Positions 9,085 through 19,050 of a stretch of 64,000 nucleotides of DNA are shown here, one piece after another; the stretch's first letter is position 1; each line of letters opens with the position of its first letter. The translations under genes and the position numbers were made by a program. A model generated the notes under the pieces. It ran no database searches and had not been told where the DNA came from. It saw only the letters and a program-made list of their open reading frames with translations. This stretch comes from Bacteroidaceae bacterium (lineage in GTDB: Bacteria; Bacteroidota; Bacteroidia; Bacteroidales; Bacteroidaceae). Location of the stretch: NCBI GenBank assembly GCA_017517925.1, contig JAFWXS010000047.1, positions 2,864 to 66,863 on the forward strand, written 5' to 3'.

Positions 9085-9501
9085 ATGACCGACAAATTCG
9101 ACAAACGCTATATGCGCATGGCCACCATCTGGGCCGAGAATTCCTACTGCGAGCGCCGCAAAGTGGGTGCCCTCGTAGTGAAGGACAAGATGATTATCTC
9201 TGACGGTTACAATGGTACCCCCTCGGGATTCGAGAATGTATGCGAGGACGAGAACAATGTAACCAAGCCCTATGTTCTGCATGCCGAGGCCAATGCCATC
9301 ACCAAGATTGCCCGCTCCAACAACAACAGTGAGGGAGCTACACTGTATGTCACCGCATCGCCCTGTATCGAGTGTGCCAAACTCATCATACAGGCGGGCA
9401 TCAAGCGGGTGGTATATGGAGAGAAGTACCGCTTGACCGATGGCATAGACCTGCTGGAACGTGCCGGAGTGAAAGTAGAATATTTACCTATAGAAGAATG
9501 A
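9085..9501 (+). CDS. dCMP deaminase (ComEB-type cytidine/deoxycytidylate deaminase)
   Basis: 138 aa with the HAEANAI and PCIECAKLI zinc-ligand motifs. Confidence 0.9.
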   Translation: MTDKFDKRYMRMATIWAENSYCERRKVGALVVKDKMIISDGYNGTPSGFENVCEDENNVTKPYVLHAEANAITKIARSNNNSEGATLYVTASPCIECAKLIIQAGIKRVVYGEKYRLTDGIDLLERAGVKVEYLPIEE

Positions 9502-11087
9502 GACATCAACATATAAAGTTCAGCGTACTCACGCTTTCCGTACTCCTATTGGGCTGCTTCAGCTCATGCTTCGATTATGGTAGGCCTCAAGGGAGCGATA
9601 AACTGTCGGCTCTGCTGCATGTCATCGGCAACCAGTATGTAGATACGGTGGATATGGATGACCTCGTCGAGAAGACCATCCCCAAAGTATTGGCCGAACT
9701 CGACCCCCACTCGGTGTACATACCAGCCAAGGATGCCGAGGCTGCCGACCAGGATTTGCGTGGAAGCTTCAGCGGCATCGGCATACAGTTCATGATACAG
9801 GCCGATACCATCTATGTAAGTGATGTCATCCCTGGAGGTCCTGCCGAAAAGGTGGGCTTGATGGCCGGTGACCGTATCGTCACCATCGATGATTCACTTT
9901 ATGTGGGCAAGATTGTCAACAACGATGGAGCCATGAAACGCCTCAAGGGTCCCAAGGGAAGCGAGGTACGACTCGGCATCAAGCGCTATGGAGAGAAAGA
10001 CTTGCTCCAATACACTATTGTACGCGGTAACATTCCCGTCAAGAGTGTAGATGCCGCTTATATGATAGATGACCGCTGGTGCTACATCAAGATCAACAAG
10101 TTCGGTGAAACCACCTATCCCGAGATGCTCATTGCTCTCGCACAAGGCATGCAAAAAGGGTTGCAGGGCTGCATCATCGACCTGCGTGGTAATACGGGTG
10201 GTTACATGGGCGCTGCCATACAGATGGTCAATGAGTTCCTCCCCAAAGGCGATATGATTGTCTACACCGAAGGTGTCAATTCTCCGCGCTACGAGGAGCA
10301 TGCCAACGGAGGCGGCAGCTTCCAGAAGCTCCCTATTGTGGTACTCACCGACGAGACCTCAGCGTCGGCAAGCGAAATCTTTGCCGGTGCCATCCAGGAC
10401 AACGATCGCGGCACCATCATCGGTCGCCGCACCTTCGGCAAGGGCCTGGTACAGCAACCTATCGAGTTCTCCGACGGTTCATCCGTACGCCTCACCATCT
10501 CGCGCTACTACACCCCTTCGGGACGCTGCATACAGAAGCCCTACACCAACGGACACAACGAAGAGTATCAGCTCGACCTGCTCAATCGCTACGAGCATGG
10601 AGAGTTCTTCATCCAGGACAGCATCAAGCAAGACGAGAGCGTGGCATACAAGACCAAGAACGGACGCACTGTCTATGGCGGCGGTGGCATCATGCCCGAT
10701 ATCTTCGTACCTGAAGACACTACGGGCTACTCCTCATACTATGCCAACGTGGCCAAGATGGGACTCTTCACCCAGTTCCCCTTCCAGTATACCGACAAGA
10801 ACCGCCAACGTCTGTCGCAGTATACCACGATGGAGGAGTTGCTGCAATACCTCAAGACCCAGGACCTGCTGGAACAGCTCGTGCAACAAGCCACAAACAA
10901 AGGTGTCAAGCGTCGCAACAACCTCATCCGCCAGTCACGCACCTTGATGGAAGAGATACTCTACGGCAACGTCATATATAATATGCTCGGCATGGAGGAG
11001 TATGTAAAATATCTCAATCGAACCGACCCCGCTGTACTAAAAGCGGTAGAGGTGCTCGACCGGGGAGAATCGAAACCACAAAATTGA
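9498..11087 (+). CDS. S41-family C-terminal processing peptidase
   Basis: The track ORF 9372..11087 starts out of context inside the deaminase gene. The plausible start is the ATG at 9498 (MRHQHIKFSVLTLSVLLLGC), which makes an ATGA overlap with the deaminase stop. It has a PDZ region and the S41 motifs DLRGNTGG, SASASEIFAGAIQD and FGKGLVQ. Confidence 0.88.
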   Translation: MRHQHIKFSVLTLSVLLLGCFSSCFDYGRPQGSDKLSALLHVIGNQYVDTVDMDDLVEKTIPKVLAELDPHSVYIPAKDAEAADQDLRGSFSGIGIQFMIQADTIYVSDVIPGGPAEKVGLMAGDRIVTIDDSLYVGKIVNNDGAMKRLKGPKGSEVRLGIKRYGEKDLLQYTIVRGNIPVKSVDAAYMIDDRWCYIKINKFGETTYPEMLIALAQGMQKGLQGCIIDLRGNTGGYMGAAIQMVNEFLPKGDMIVYTEGVNSPRYEEHANGGGSFQKLPIVVLTDETSASASEIFAGAIQDNDRGTIIGRRTFGKGLVQQPIEFSDGSSVRLTISRYYTPSGRCIQKPYTNGHNEEYQLDLLNRYEHGEFFIQDSIKQDESVAYKTKNGRTVYGGGGIMPDIFVPEDTTGYSSYYANVAKMGLFTQFPFQYTDKNRQRLSQYTTMEELLQYLKTQDLLEQLVQQATNKGVKRRNNLIRQSRTLMEEILYGNVIYNMLGMEEYVKYLNRTDPAVLKAVEVLDRGESKPQN

Positions 11088-11137
11088 AATGAAGCGGTTT
11101 GAAACTCTTCATTCTTCACTTTTAACTCTTCACTTAC

Positions 11138-12091
11138 ATGAGCGTTATAGACTCTATCACCAACACTACACGCACGGCATTCTCCTTCGAGGTATTGCCG
11201 CCGCTCAAGGGTACGGGTATCAATACCCTGTTCCGCACCATCGACGAGCTGCGCGAGTTTGACCCACGCTATATCAACATCACCACACACCGCAGCGAAT
11301 ATGTATACCAAGAGTCGCCCGAAGGTGTCTTCCATAAGGTATCGCTCCGCCGCCGCCCCGGCACCGTGGCCGTAGCGGCAGCTATCAAGAACAAGTATGA
11401 TATTCCCGTGGTGCCTCATATCCTCTGCAGCGGTTTCACTCGCGAAGAGACCGAGTATGTACTGCTCGATCTGCAGTTTCTCGGCATTACCGACCTGTTG
11501 CTGCTTCGCGGTGACAAGGCCAAGCACGAGTCGGTGTTTACCCCTACGGCAGACGGCTACAGCCACGCCATAGAACTCCAAGGGCAGATCAACCGCTTTA
11601 ATGAGGGCTTCTTCTGTGACGGTTCGCCCATCAAGGAGCCGGGCCAACCTTTCTCCTATGGTGTGGCCTGCTACCCCGAGAAGCACGAGGAGTCGCCCAA
11701 CATGGAGATGGACCTCTACTGGCTGAAGGAAAAAGTGAAGGCCGGTGCCCAATATGCCGTCACACAGCTATTCTACGACAACGACAAGTACTTCCGCTTC
11801 GTGGAGCGTGCCCGTGCCGAGGGTATCACCATCCCCATCATTCCCGGTATCAAGCCCTTGAAGACCGCCCGCCAACTCAGCATCATCCCCAAGACCTTCA
11901 AGGTAGACTTGCCCCAAGCCCTGGCTACCGAGGTGCTCCGCTGCAAGAGCGACGAGGAGGTGCGCCAAGTGGGCATAGAATGGTGTACGGCCCAATGCCG
12001 CGAACTCATTGCACACGGCGTGCCCAGCATACACTTCTATGCCATGGCAGCCACCGACAGTGTAAAGCAGGTAGCCAAAGCAATCTATTAG
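11138..12091 (+). CDS. metF: 5,10-methylenetetrahydrofolate reductase
   Basis: 317 aa. It begins FSFEVLPPLKG and the overall pattern is MetF. Confidence 0.9.
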   Translation: MSVIDSITNTTRTAFSFEVLPPLKGTGINTLFRTIDELREFDPRYINITTHRSEYVYQESPEGVFHKVSLRRRPGTVAVAAAIKNKYDIPVVPHILCSGFTREETEYVLLDLQFLGITDLLLLRGDKAKHESVFTPTADGYSHAIELQGQINRFNEGFFCDGSPIKEPGQPFSYGVACYPEKHEESPNMEMDLYWLKEKVKAGAQYAVTQLFYDNDKYFRFVERARAEGITIPIIPGIKPLKTARQLSIIPKTFKVDLPQALATEVLRCKSDEEVRQVGIEWCTAQCRELIAHGVPSIHFYAMAATDSVKQVAKAIY

Positions 12092-12266
12092 TATAGTTGA
12101 GTTGCATCTATACTGACAGAAGGTATCATACTGTCCACTATCTTGGGGGTCGTTGCCTTCTCCTCTTTCTGGAGCATATTGGAGGTGTTCGAACAGCGCA
12201 AACGTGTTCGCAAAGGATGGTTCCCTGAAGGGCCCGGACACAAAAGATAAAAAAACCTTAACATAT

Positions 12267-12872
12267 ATGAAATTCCGTACATTGATTATTTGTCTTCTTT
12301 TATTTACTGGTGGGGCAACACTGTATGCCCAAGATAATAAAGTAATAAAAGGTTTCTCAGGCGGCATGATGGTCCACAGCGGATACCAATATGGCTGTGA
12401 CAATCCTTTTTGCTTAGAAATCAGTGCTCCCACATTCGGCATCGGAGGGTGTGCAAAATTGCACCTTTCCGACCACTTCCGCACGGGATTCGAAGGGTAC
12501 TTCTCTACAGCCCCCATCAAACGTGGTGCCCAAAGTGGCAGTCATAACAAACTCTTTTGGACAGGAGCGCTTGCCGATTTCTTTTGGGGACATGGCAAGC
12601 TTATCCCATACATCGGCACTACCCTTGGAGGAGGTATGGAGACCGCTTTCTTCATGTTTGAAGGTGACAAACATGATTGGGCGCTCGAAGGATCTACCGT
12701 ACTTCACAAACAACCCTTCTTCGCCATAGATCCTTACGTTGGTGTTGAATATATCATTGGCGCGGCTCTGCGCCTCACACTCAAGGCCGACTGGATGCTC
12801 GCTCTGAATTCTGACGGCCTCAATAAACCTATGGGTCCGCGCATCTACTTCGGCTTCATCTTTGCACACTGA
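12267..12872 (+). CDS. Outer-membrane beta-barrel (porin-family) protein
   Basis: The internal ATG at 12267 gives the signal peptide MKFRTLIICLLLFTGGATLYAQ. The sequence has an alternating beta-strand pattern and a C-terminal aromatic residue. Confidence 0.7.
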   Translation: MKFRTLIICLLLFTGGATLYAQDNKVIKGFSGGMMVHSGYQYGCDNPFCLEISAPTFGIGGCAKLHLSDHFRTGFEGYFSTAPIKRGAQSGSHNKLFWTGALADFFWGHGKLIPYIGTTLGGGMETAFFMFEGDKHDWALEGSTVLHKQPFFAIDPYVGVEYIIGAALRLTLKADWMLALNSDGLNKPMGPRIYFGFIFAH

Positions 12873-13023
12873 TCAAGTGGCATGGGAATCAGAGATTGCC
12901 TTTGATTGTTTTTATGACTTCAAGATGAATAAATAACGTCTATTTATTACGCTTAACCGAAAAATATCTGTAACTTTGTACACTTAAAGGTGTAAACAGA
13001 GTAATCACTAAAAACAGAACATA

Positions 13024-14547
13024 ATGTCGGACAACAAAAGAATGAAAACGGCCCTTGTATCGGTATTCCACAAGGACGGATTGGATGAGATCATTACCAC
13101 GCTCCATAAGGAGGGCGTACAGTTGCTTTCTACAGGCGGTACTCAGGAGTTCATCGAGTCGCTGGGCGTTCCCTGCCAGCGTGTAGAGGACTTGACAGGC
13201 TATCCCTCAATCCTTGGCGGACGTGTGAAGACACTCCACCCCAAGGTGTTCGGTGGTATCCTCGGTCGTCGCGACAACGAAGGCGACCAGGTGCAGATGG
13301 TCAACTACGAGATTCCCGAAATCGACCTCGTGATCGTAGACCTCTACCCCTTCGAGGCTACCGTTGCATCGGGCGCTTCACATGAGGCTATCATCGAGAA
13401 GATTGATATAGGCGGTATCTCGCTCATCCGCGCAGCAGCCAAGAATCACAAGGATGTGGTTATCGTAGCCAGCAAGGACCAGTATGCAGCACTCGCAGAC
13501 ATCCTTCGCAACAAGGGTGCACAGACCACCCTTGAGGAGCGCGTATGGTTCGCCAAGGAGGCATTTGCCGTATCTTCACTCTACGACTCTGCCATCTTCA
13601 ACTACTTCGATGGTGACAATGCCTCTATGTTCCGCAAGGCGGTGAACCATCCCAAATCACTCCGTTATGGTGAGAACCCCCACCAGAAGGGTTACTTCTA
13701 TGGTGACTTCGAGGCTATGTTCGACCAGATTCACGGCAAGGAGATTTCATACAACAACCTGCTCGATATCAACGCTGCCGTAGACCTCATCGACGAGTTT
13801 GACGAGACCACCTTCGCTATCCTCAAGCACAACAACGCTTGTGGCCTCGCTTCACGCGAGACCTTGCTTGAGGCTTGGACCGACGCTCTCGCTGGCGACC
13901 CCGTATCGGCTTTCGGTGGTGTGCTCATCACCAACCGCGCTATCGACAAGGCTACTGCCGAGGAGATCAACAAGATCTTCTTCGAGGTAATCATCGCTCC
14001 CGACTACGACGTGAATGCACTTGAGATTCTTACCCAGAAGAAGAACCGCATCATCCTCGTTCGGAAGGAGCCCGAGATGCCCCGTCAGCAGTACCGCTCT
14101 GTACTCAACGGTGTGCTCGTACAGGACCGTGACCTCAAGACCGAGACTCCCGAGGACTGCAAGCCTGTAACCAACAAGGTGGCTACAGCCGAGGAGATTG
14201 AGGATATGCTCTTCGCCAACAAGATTGTGAAGAACAGCAAGAGCAACGCTATCGTATTGGCCAAGAACAAGCAGCTGCTCGCCAGCGGTGTAGGTCAGAC
14301 CTCACGCGTAGATGCACTGAAGCACGCTATCGAGAAGGCTCAGGGCTTCGGCTTCGACCTTCAGGGTGCAGTGATGGCCAGCGATGCCTTCTTCCCCTTC
14401 CCCGACTGCGTGGAGATTGCCCACGAGGCAGGTGTTACCGCTGTCATCCAGCCCGGTGGCTCTGTACGCGACGCTGAGTCTGTACAGTACTGCAACGACC
14501 ACGATGTGGCAATGGTAATCACTGGTTTCCGTCATTTCAAACATTAA
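13024..14547 (+). CDS. purH: Bifunctional AICAR formyltransferase / IMP cyclohydrolase
   Basis: 507 aa. It begins ALVSVFHKDGL and continues with LSTGGT and TLHPKVFGGIL. Confidence 0.95.
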   Translation: MSDNKRMKTALVSVFHKDGLDEIITTLHKEGVQLLSTGGTQEFIESLGVPCQRVEDLTGYPSILGGRVKTLHPKVFGGILGRRDNEGDQVQMVNYEIPEIDLVIVDLYPFEATVASGASHEAIIEKIDIGGISLIRAAAKNHKDVVIVASKDQYAALADILRNKGAQTTLEERVWFAKEAFAVSSLYDSAIFNYFDGDNASMFRKAVNHPKSLRYGENPHQKGYFYGDFEAMFDQIHGKEISYNNLLDINAAVDLIDEFDETTFAILKHNNACGLASRETLLEAWTDALAGDPVSAFGGVLITNRAIDKATAEEINKIFFEVIIAPDYDVNALEILTQKKNRIILVRKEPEMPRQQYRSVLNGVLVQDRDLKTETPEDCKPVTNKVATAEEIEDMLFANKIVKNSKSNAIVLAKNKQLLASGVGQTSRVDALKHAIEKAQGFGFDLQGAVMASDAFFPFPDCVEIAHEAGVTAVIQPGGSVRDAESVQYCNDHDVAMVITGFRHFKH

Positions 14548-14551
14548 TAAT

Positions 14552-14672
14552 CAGGAGTTCAGGAGTCAGGAGTATAGGAGTTCAGACGATACTTATGACT
14601 GATGTCTTCGTTTCAAACATTCATTATTCAGAACTATTGTCTGAACTCCTGAACTCCTGACTTCTGAACTCC
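14552..14672. repeat. Long word-repeat hairpin (CAGGAGT/TCAGGAGT heptamer-like units) between purH and mreB
   Basis: The left arm at 14552-14587 pairs with the right arm at 14639-14672 over about 34 bp, with a few mismatches and a loop of about 50 nt. Confidence 0.75.
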
Positions 14673-14687
14673 CCAAAAGACAAATAC

Positions 14688-15710
14688 ATGGGACTTTTCT
14701 CTTTCACACAAGAAATAGCAATGGACCTCGGCACGGCCAACACCATTATCCTGCACAATGGCAAGATTGTGGTGGATGAGCCCTCTGTCGTAGCCCTCGA
14801 CCGCCGCACAGAGAAAATGGTTGCTGTGGGCGGACGTGCAAAACTGATGCACGAGAAGACCAATGAGAATATCAAGACCATCCGTCCGTTGCGTGACGGC
14901 GTGATTGCCGACTTTAATGCTTGTGAGCAGATGATGCGCGGACTCATCAAGATGGTGAATACACGTGCCCGCCTGTTCACTCCTTCATTGCGCATGGTTA
15001 TCGGTGTGCCTTCGGGTAGTACTGAAGTGGAACTGCGTGCTGTACGCGACTCGGCCGAACATGCTGGAGGACGTGACATCTACCTCATCTATGAACCTAT
15101 GGCTGCAGCTGTGGGTATCGGTCTCGACGTAGAAGCCCCCGAAGGCAACATGGTGGTAGATATAGGTGGTGGTTCTACCGAGATTGCCGTTATCTCACTC
15201 GGTGGTATTGTAAAGAACAGCTCTATCCGTGTAGCGGGTGATGATTTCACTGCCGACATCCAGGAGTATATGGGACGTCAGCACAACTTGAGAGTCAGCG
15301 AACGTATGGCCGAGCGTATCAAGATACATGTAGGCTCTGCTTTGACCGACCTCGATGAGGATGCCCCTGAAGAATACATCGTGCATGGCCCGAACAAGAT
15401 TACCGCTCTGCCTATGGCTGTGTCTGTATGCTATCAGGAGATTGCGCACTGCCTGGATAAGTCAATTGCCAAGATTGAGAATGCTGTGCTCAACGCACTC
15501 GAAGAGACACCGCCTGAAATCTATGCCGACATCATCCATAACGGCATCTATCTCGCTGGTGGTGGTGCCCTGCTGCGTGGCTTGGCCAAGCGTTTGCAGG
15601 ACAAGATCAACATCCCCTTCCACGTGGCCGATGACCCCTTGCACTGCGTTGCTCGCGGTACAGGCATCGCGCTGAAGAATGTGGAGAAGTTCTCGTTCTT
15701 GATGCGATAA
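14688..15710 (+). CDS. mreB: Rod-shape-determining actin homolog
   Basis: 340 aa with the MreB motifs DLGTANT and VVDIGGGSTE. Confidence 0.95.
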   Translation: MGLFSFTQEIAMDLGTANTIILHNGKIVVDEPSVVALDRRTEKMVAVGGRAKLMHEKTNENIKTIRPLRDGVIADFNACEQMMRGLIKMVNTRARLFTPSLRMVIGVPSGSTEVELRAVRDSAEHAGGRDIYLIYEPMAAAVGIGLDVEAPEGNMVVDIGGGSTEIAVISLGGIVKNSSIRVAGDDFTADIQEYMGRQHNLRVSERMAERIKIHVGSALTDLDEDAPEEYIVHGPNKITALPMAVSVCYQEIAHCLDKSIAKIENAVLNALEETPPEIYADIIHNGIYLAGGGALLRGLAKRLQDKINIPFHVADDPLHCVARGTGIALKNVEKFSFLMR

Positions 15711-15711
15711 A

Positions 15712-15815
15712 AAGACCCACCCCCAACCCCTCCCTCTATGGAGGGGCTTTGCGGATATCGCGGAGCCTTCTCCCCATAGAGGGGGAGATGCCCATAGGGC
15801 AGAGGGGGTCTTTCT
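15712..15815. repeat. Composite palindromic element containing CCCTC-TATG-GAGGG units
   Basis: The sequence runs agacccaccccc...ccctctatggagggg...ccccatagaggggg...gggggtct. Related copies lie at 37114-37146 and 37218-37241. Confidence 0.65.
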
Positions 15816-15830
15816 TTATTTATTTTATCC

Positions 15831-16691
15831 GTGAACTCCATTTTCCAATTCCTATACAAGCACCTTCATTGGATAGTCTTCATCGTGTTGGAGATTATCT
15901 GTTTTGTGTTGCTGTTTTCTTACAACAGCTTCCAAGGTAGTGTATACTTGTCTACAGCGGGTAACGTGACTGCGCGTATGCTCAATGGCAAGGATAAGGT
16001 GACGACTTACTTTGGTCTGGCCGAAAAGAACCGAGCCTTGGCCGAACAAAATGCTCTGCTGCAGCAACGTATTGTGGAGTTGGAGATGTTGTTTACGGAA
16101 CACCAATTGGATAGTCTTTCTCGGGCAGAGGCCATTACCCGCATACACCGTGCAGGCTATCACATCAGTCCGGCACAAGTGATTGCCAAGTCGGTCAACA
16201 AGACTGACAATTATTTAACCATCGACCGTGGAACGGCCGATGGTGTGGAGCCTGATATGGGTGTGATAGGTATTGATGGCGTGGTGGGCACCGTATTCAA
16301 GTGTACGGAACATTATTCATTGGTGATGCCACTGCTCAATAGTGATAGTTACACCAGTTGCAAGGTGCTGGGGAGCAAAGACATCGGTATACTTCAATGG
16401 AACGGCGGCGATGCCCGTTATGCCATGTTGTATGATCTTCCCCGCTATTCCGATGTGAAAGTAGGCGATACTATTGTGACCAGCGGGAATTCCTCATTCT
16501 TTCCTGAAGGTGTGATGGTGGGCAGAGTAGAAGAGGCTTATCCCTCTACCGATGGCTTATATATGACTCTGAAGATACAGTTGAGTACACAGTTCTCCAA
16601 GTTGGAGCATGTCTTCATCATGCGAAAGATGGATGCCGACGAACTTTCCGCGTTGAAAGAGTTGTTGAACCCGACGAAAAAGAAGAAGTGA
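15831..16691 (+). CDS. mreC: Rod-shape-determining protein MreC
   Basis: 286 aa with an N-terminal TM segment and coiled coil. It sits directly after mreB. Confidence 0.85.
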   Translation: MNSIFQFLYKHLHWIVFIVLEIICFVLLFSYNSFQGSVYLSTAGNVTARMLNGKDKVTTYFGLAEKNRALAEQNALLQQRIVELEMLFTEHQLDSLSRAEAITRIHRAGYHISPAQVIAKSVNKTDNYLTIDRGTADGVEPDMGVIGIDGVVGTVFKCTEHYSLVMPLLNSDSYTSCKVLGSKDIGILQWNGGDARYAMLYDLPRYSDVKVGDTIVTSGNSSFFPEGVMVGRVEEAYPSTDGLYMTLKIQLSTQFSKLEHVFIMRKMDADELSALKELLNPTKKKK

Positions 16692-16692
16692 T

Positions 16693-17193
16693 ATGGAAAG
16701 GATACTTGCCCGCATAGCATGGTTTGTGGCATTGGCTTTGGTACAGGCACTGCTTCTCAATAATATCAGCCTGTTCGAGTTGGCTACACCCTTTGTCTAT
16801 GTCTATTTCATCTTGGCATTAGATAAAGATACCGACCATATTTCCCTGATGGTGATGGCCTTTGCGTTGGGTTTGGTTGTCGATATATTCAGCAATACAC
16901 CGGGAGTCAATGCGGGTGCCTCAGTACTCATAGCTTTTCTACGTCCCAGTCTGCTGCGCTTGTTCTCTCCACGTGACGAGTATGAGAACTTCGAGCCTGG
17001 CATCTATACTTTAGGGATATGGCCTTTTGTGCGCTATGCTTTTGTGTCGGTTCTGTTACACCATACGGTACTGTTCTTCCTCGAAGCCTTCTCGTTTGTT
17101 CATATAGGCTATCTGTTGCTCCGCATCCTTTGCAGCGCACTGCTCACGGTGGTGTTGATAATGGCCATTGAGTTTGTCCGTCATAAACGATAA
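16693..17193 (+). CDS. mreD: Rod-shape-determining protein MreD
   Basis: 166 aa and polytopic. It sits between mreC and mrdA. Confidence 0.8.
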   Translation: MERILARIAWFVALALVQALLLNNISLFELATPFVYVYFILALDKDTDHISLMVMAFALGLVVDIFSNTPGVNAGASVLIAFLRPSLLRLFSPRDEYENFEPGIYTLGIWPFVRYAFVSVLLHHTVLFFLEAFSFVHIGYLLLRILCSALLTVVLIMAIEFVRHKR

Positions 17194-17202
17194 TTCTCGA
17201 AG

Positions 17203-19050
17203 ATGAACAACGATTATCGCTACGAGAACCGCAAGTTTGTGATTGTAGGCATCGTGCTTACTATTGTCTTCGTATTTATCGGTCGCCTGTTCAGCCTCCA
17301 GATATTGAGCGACGACTATAAGAAGCATGCCGACTCCAATGCCTTCCTCGACAAGACGGTATATCCTTCGCGAGGAGTGATGTATGACCGCAACGGCAAG
17401 TTGCTCGTGTCCAACCAGCCGGCCTATGATGTGATGGTTTGTATGCGCAACGTCAAGGAACTTGACACATTGGCATTCTGTCAATCATTGGGAATCACCC
17501 GTGAGTTTTTCGACAAGCGCATGAGCGATGTCAAGAACCGCCGTATCAACCCTGGCTATTCATCGTATACCGACCAACTATTCCTCAGCCAGCTCACCGC
17601 CGAGGAGTTTGCCATGTTTCAGGAACAACTCTATAAGTTCTCGGGCTTCTCCATTCAACGCCGTTCTATCCGGCAGTACGAATACCCTGTTGCCGGACAT
17701 ATCTTCGGTGATTTGGGTGAGGTGTCGAAGAACGACATTGCTAAGGATGAGTACTACAGGCGTGGCGATTACATAGGCAAGCAAGGCATAGAGGGTTACT
17801 ACGAGAAGCAGTTGCGTGGCGAGAAGGGTAAAGAGGTGCTGCTACGCGATGCTCATGGGCGTATCAAGGGGAAGTATATGGATGGCGCTATGGATGTGGA
17901 TGCCATTCCGGGACGGAATCTGACGCTAAGCCTTGACATCGAATTGCAGGCCTTGGCCGAGCGCCTGCTTCAGAACAAGATAGGCAGCGTAGTGGCTATT
18001 GAACCTTCGACGGGCGAAGTGCTTTGTATGGCTTCATCGCCAACCTTCGACCCGCAATTGCTGGTAGGGCGCAAGCGTGGTGAGAATCACCGTATGCTGT
18101 CAAAAGATACGCAGAAGCCACTGCTCAACCGTGCCATTATGGGAACCTATCCACCCGGCTCTACCTTCAAGACCTCGCAGGCACTTACCTACCTGCAAGA
18201 GGGAATTGTTACTCCTGCAACACAGTTTCCCTGTGCACTGGGCTTCAGACACAGAGGCCTTCATGTGGGGTGTCACGAGCACAGCTCGCCCATAGCCCTG
18301 GCACCTTCGTTGGCAACCTCCTGTAACAGTTATTACTGCTGGGGGCTCTACCGCATGATTGGTGATGAGAAGTACGGCTCTTCTCAGGCAGCACTCACCC
18401 GCTGGAAAGACCACATGGTGGCCATGGGCTTCGGGTATCGGTTGGGTATTGATCTGCCAGGCGAGGCACGTGGCTTCATCCCCAATGCTGCATTCTACGA
18501 CAAGTGGTATGGCAAGCGTTGGAACGGACTCACCATCATCTCCATCTCTATCGGCCAAGGTGAGGTAACGCTGACTCCGTTACAGATTGCCAATCTTGGT
18601 GCTACTATTGCCAACCGCGGATACTATATCACTCCCCATATCGTGAAAGAGGTGCAGGGCGAGGTGTTAGACAGCCTCTATCGTACTCCCAAATATACGA
18701 TGGTCGAGAAGATGCATTACGAGACCGTCATCCAAGGTATGCGCGAAGCTGTGCTCAACGGTACCTGTGCAGCAGCCAACCTGCCAGATATCGAGGTGTG
18801 TGGCAAGACGGGCACGGCTCAGAACCGTGGCAAAGACCACTCGGCATTCATGGGCTTTGCCCCGATGCACGAGCCCAAGATTGCCGTGGCCGTATACGTG
18901 GAGAACGGAGGTTTTGGCGCCGTGTATGGTGTACCCATCGGAGCACTTATCATGGAGCAATACCTTACAGGCACACTGAGCGAGGAGAGCGTGGAGAAAG
19001 CAAAAACAATACAACAGCGTATAATCTATTATGGCGATCAGGAACGTTAA
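17203..19050 (+). CDS. mrdA: Penicillin-binding protein 2 (elongasome transpeptidase)
   Basis: 615 aa with the STFK, SCN-type and KTGT motifs. Confidence 0.92.
   Translation: MNNDYRYENRKFVIVGIVLTIVFVFIGRLFSLQILSDDYKKHADSNAFLDKTVYPSRGVMYDRNGKLLVSNQPAYDVMVCMRNVKELDTLAFCQSLGITREFFDKRMSDVKNRRINPGYSSYTDQLFLSQLTAEEFAMFQEQLYKFSGFSIQRRSIRQYEYPVAGHIFGDLGEVSKNDIAKDEYYRRGDYIGKQGIEGYYEKQLRGEKGKEVLLRDAHGRIKGKYMDGAMDVDAIPGRNLTLSLDIELQALAERLLQNKIGSVVAIEPSTGEVLCMASSPTFDPQLLVGRKRGENHRMLSKDTQKPLLNRAIMGTYPPGSTFKTSQALTYLQEGIVTPATQFPCALGFRHRGLHVGCHEHSSPIALAPSLATSCNSYYCWGLYRMIGDEKYGSSQAALTRWKDHMVAMGFGYRLGIDLPGEARGFIPNAAFYDKWYGKRWNGLTIISISIGQGEVTLTPLQIANLGATIANRGYYITPHIVKEVQGEVLDSLYRTPKYTMVEKMHYETVIQGMREAVLNGTCAAANLPDIEVCGKTGTAQNRGKDHSAFMGFAPMHEPKIAVAVYVENGGFGAVYGVPIGALIMEQYLTGTLSEESVEKAKTIQQRIIYYGDQER

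Noticed and set aside
9372-9497. N-terminal 42-codon extension of the S41 peptidase ORF
   Set aside because: It overlaps the dCMP deaminase gene in another frame and precedes a good signal peptide that starts at the ATG at 9498. Similar upstream extensions were trimmed at 12153, 22961, 33322, 34997 (TTG), 43127, 46033, 48514, 54175, 58790 and 61411.
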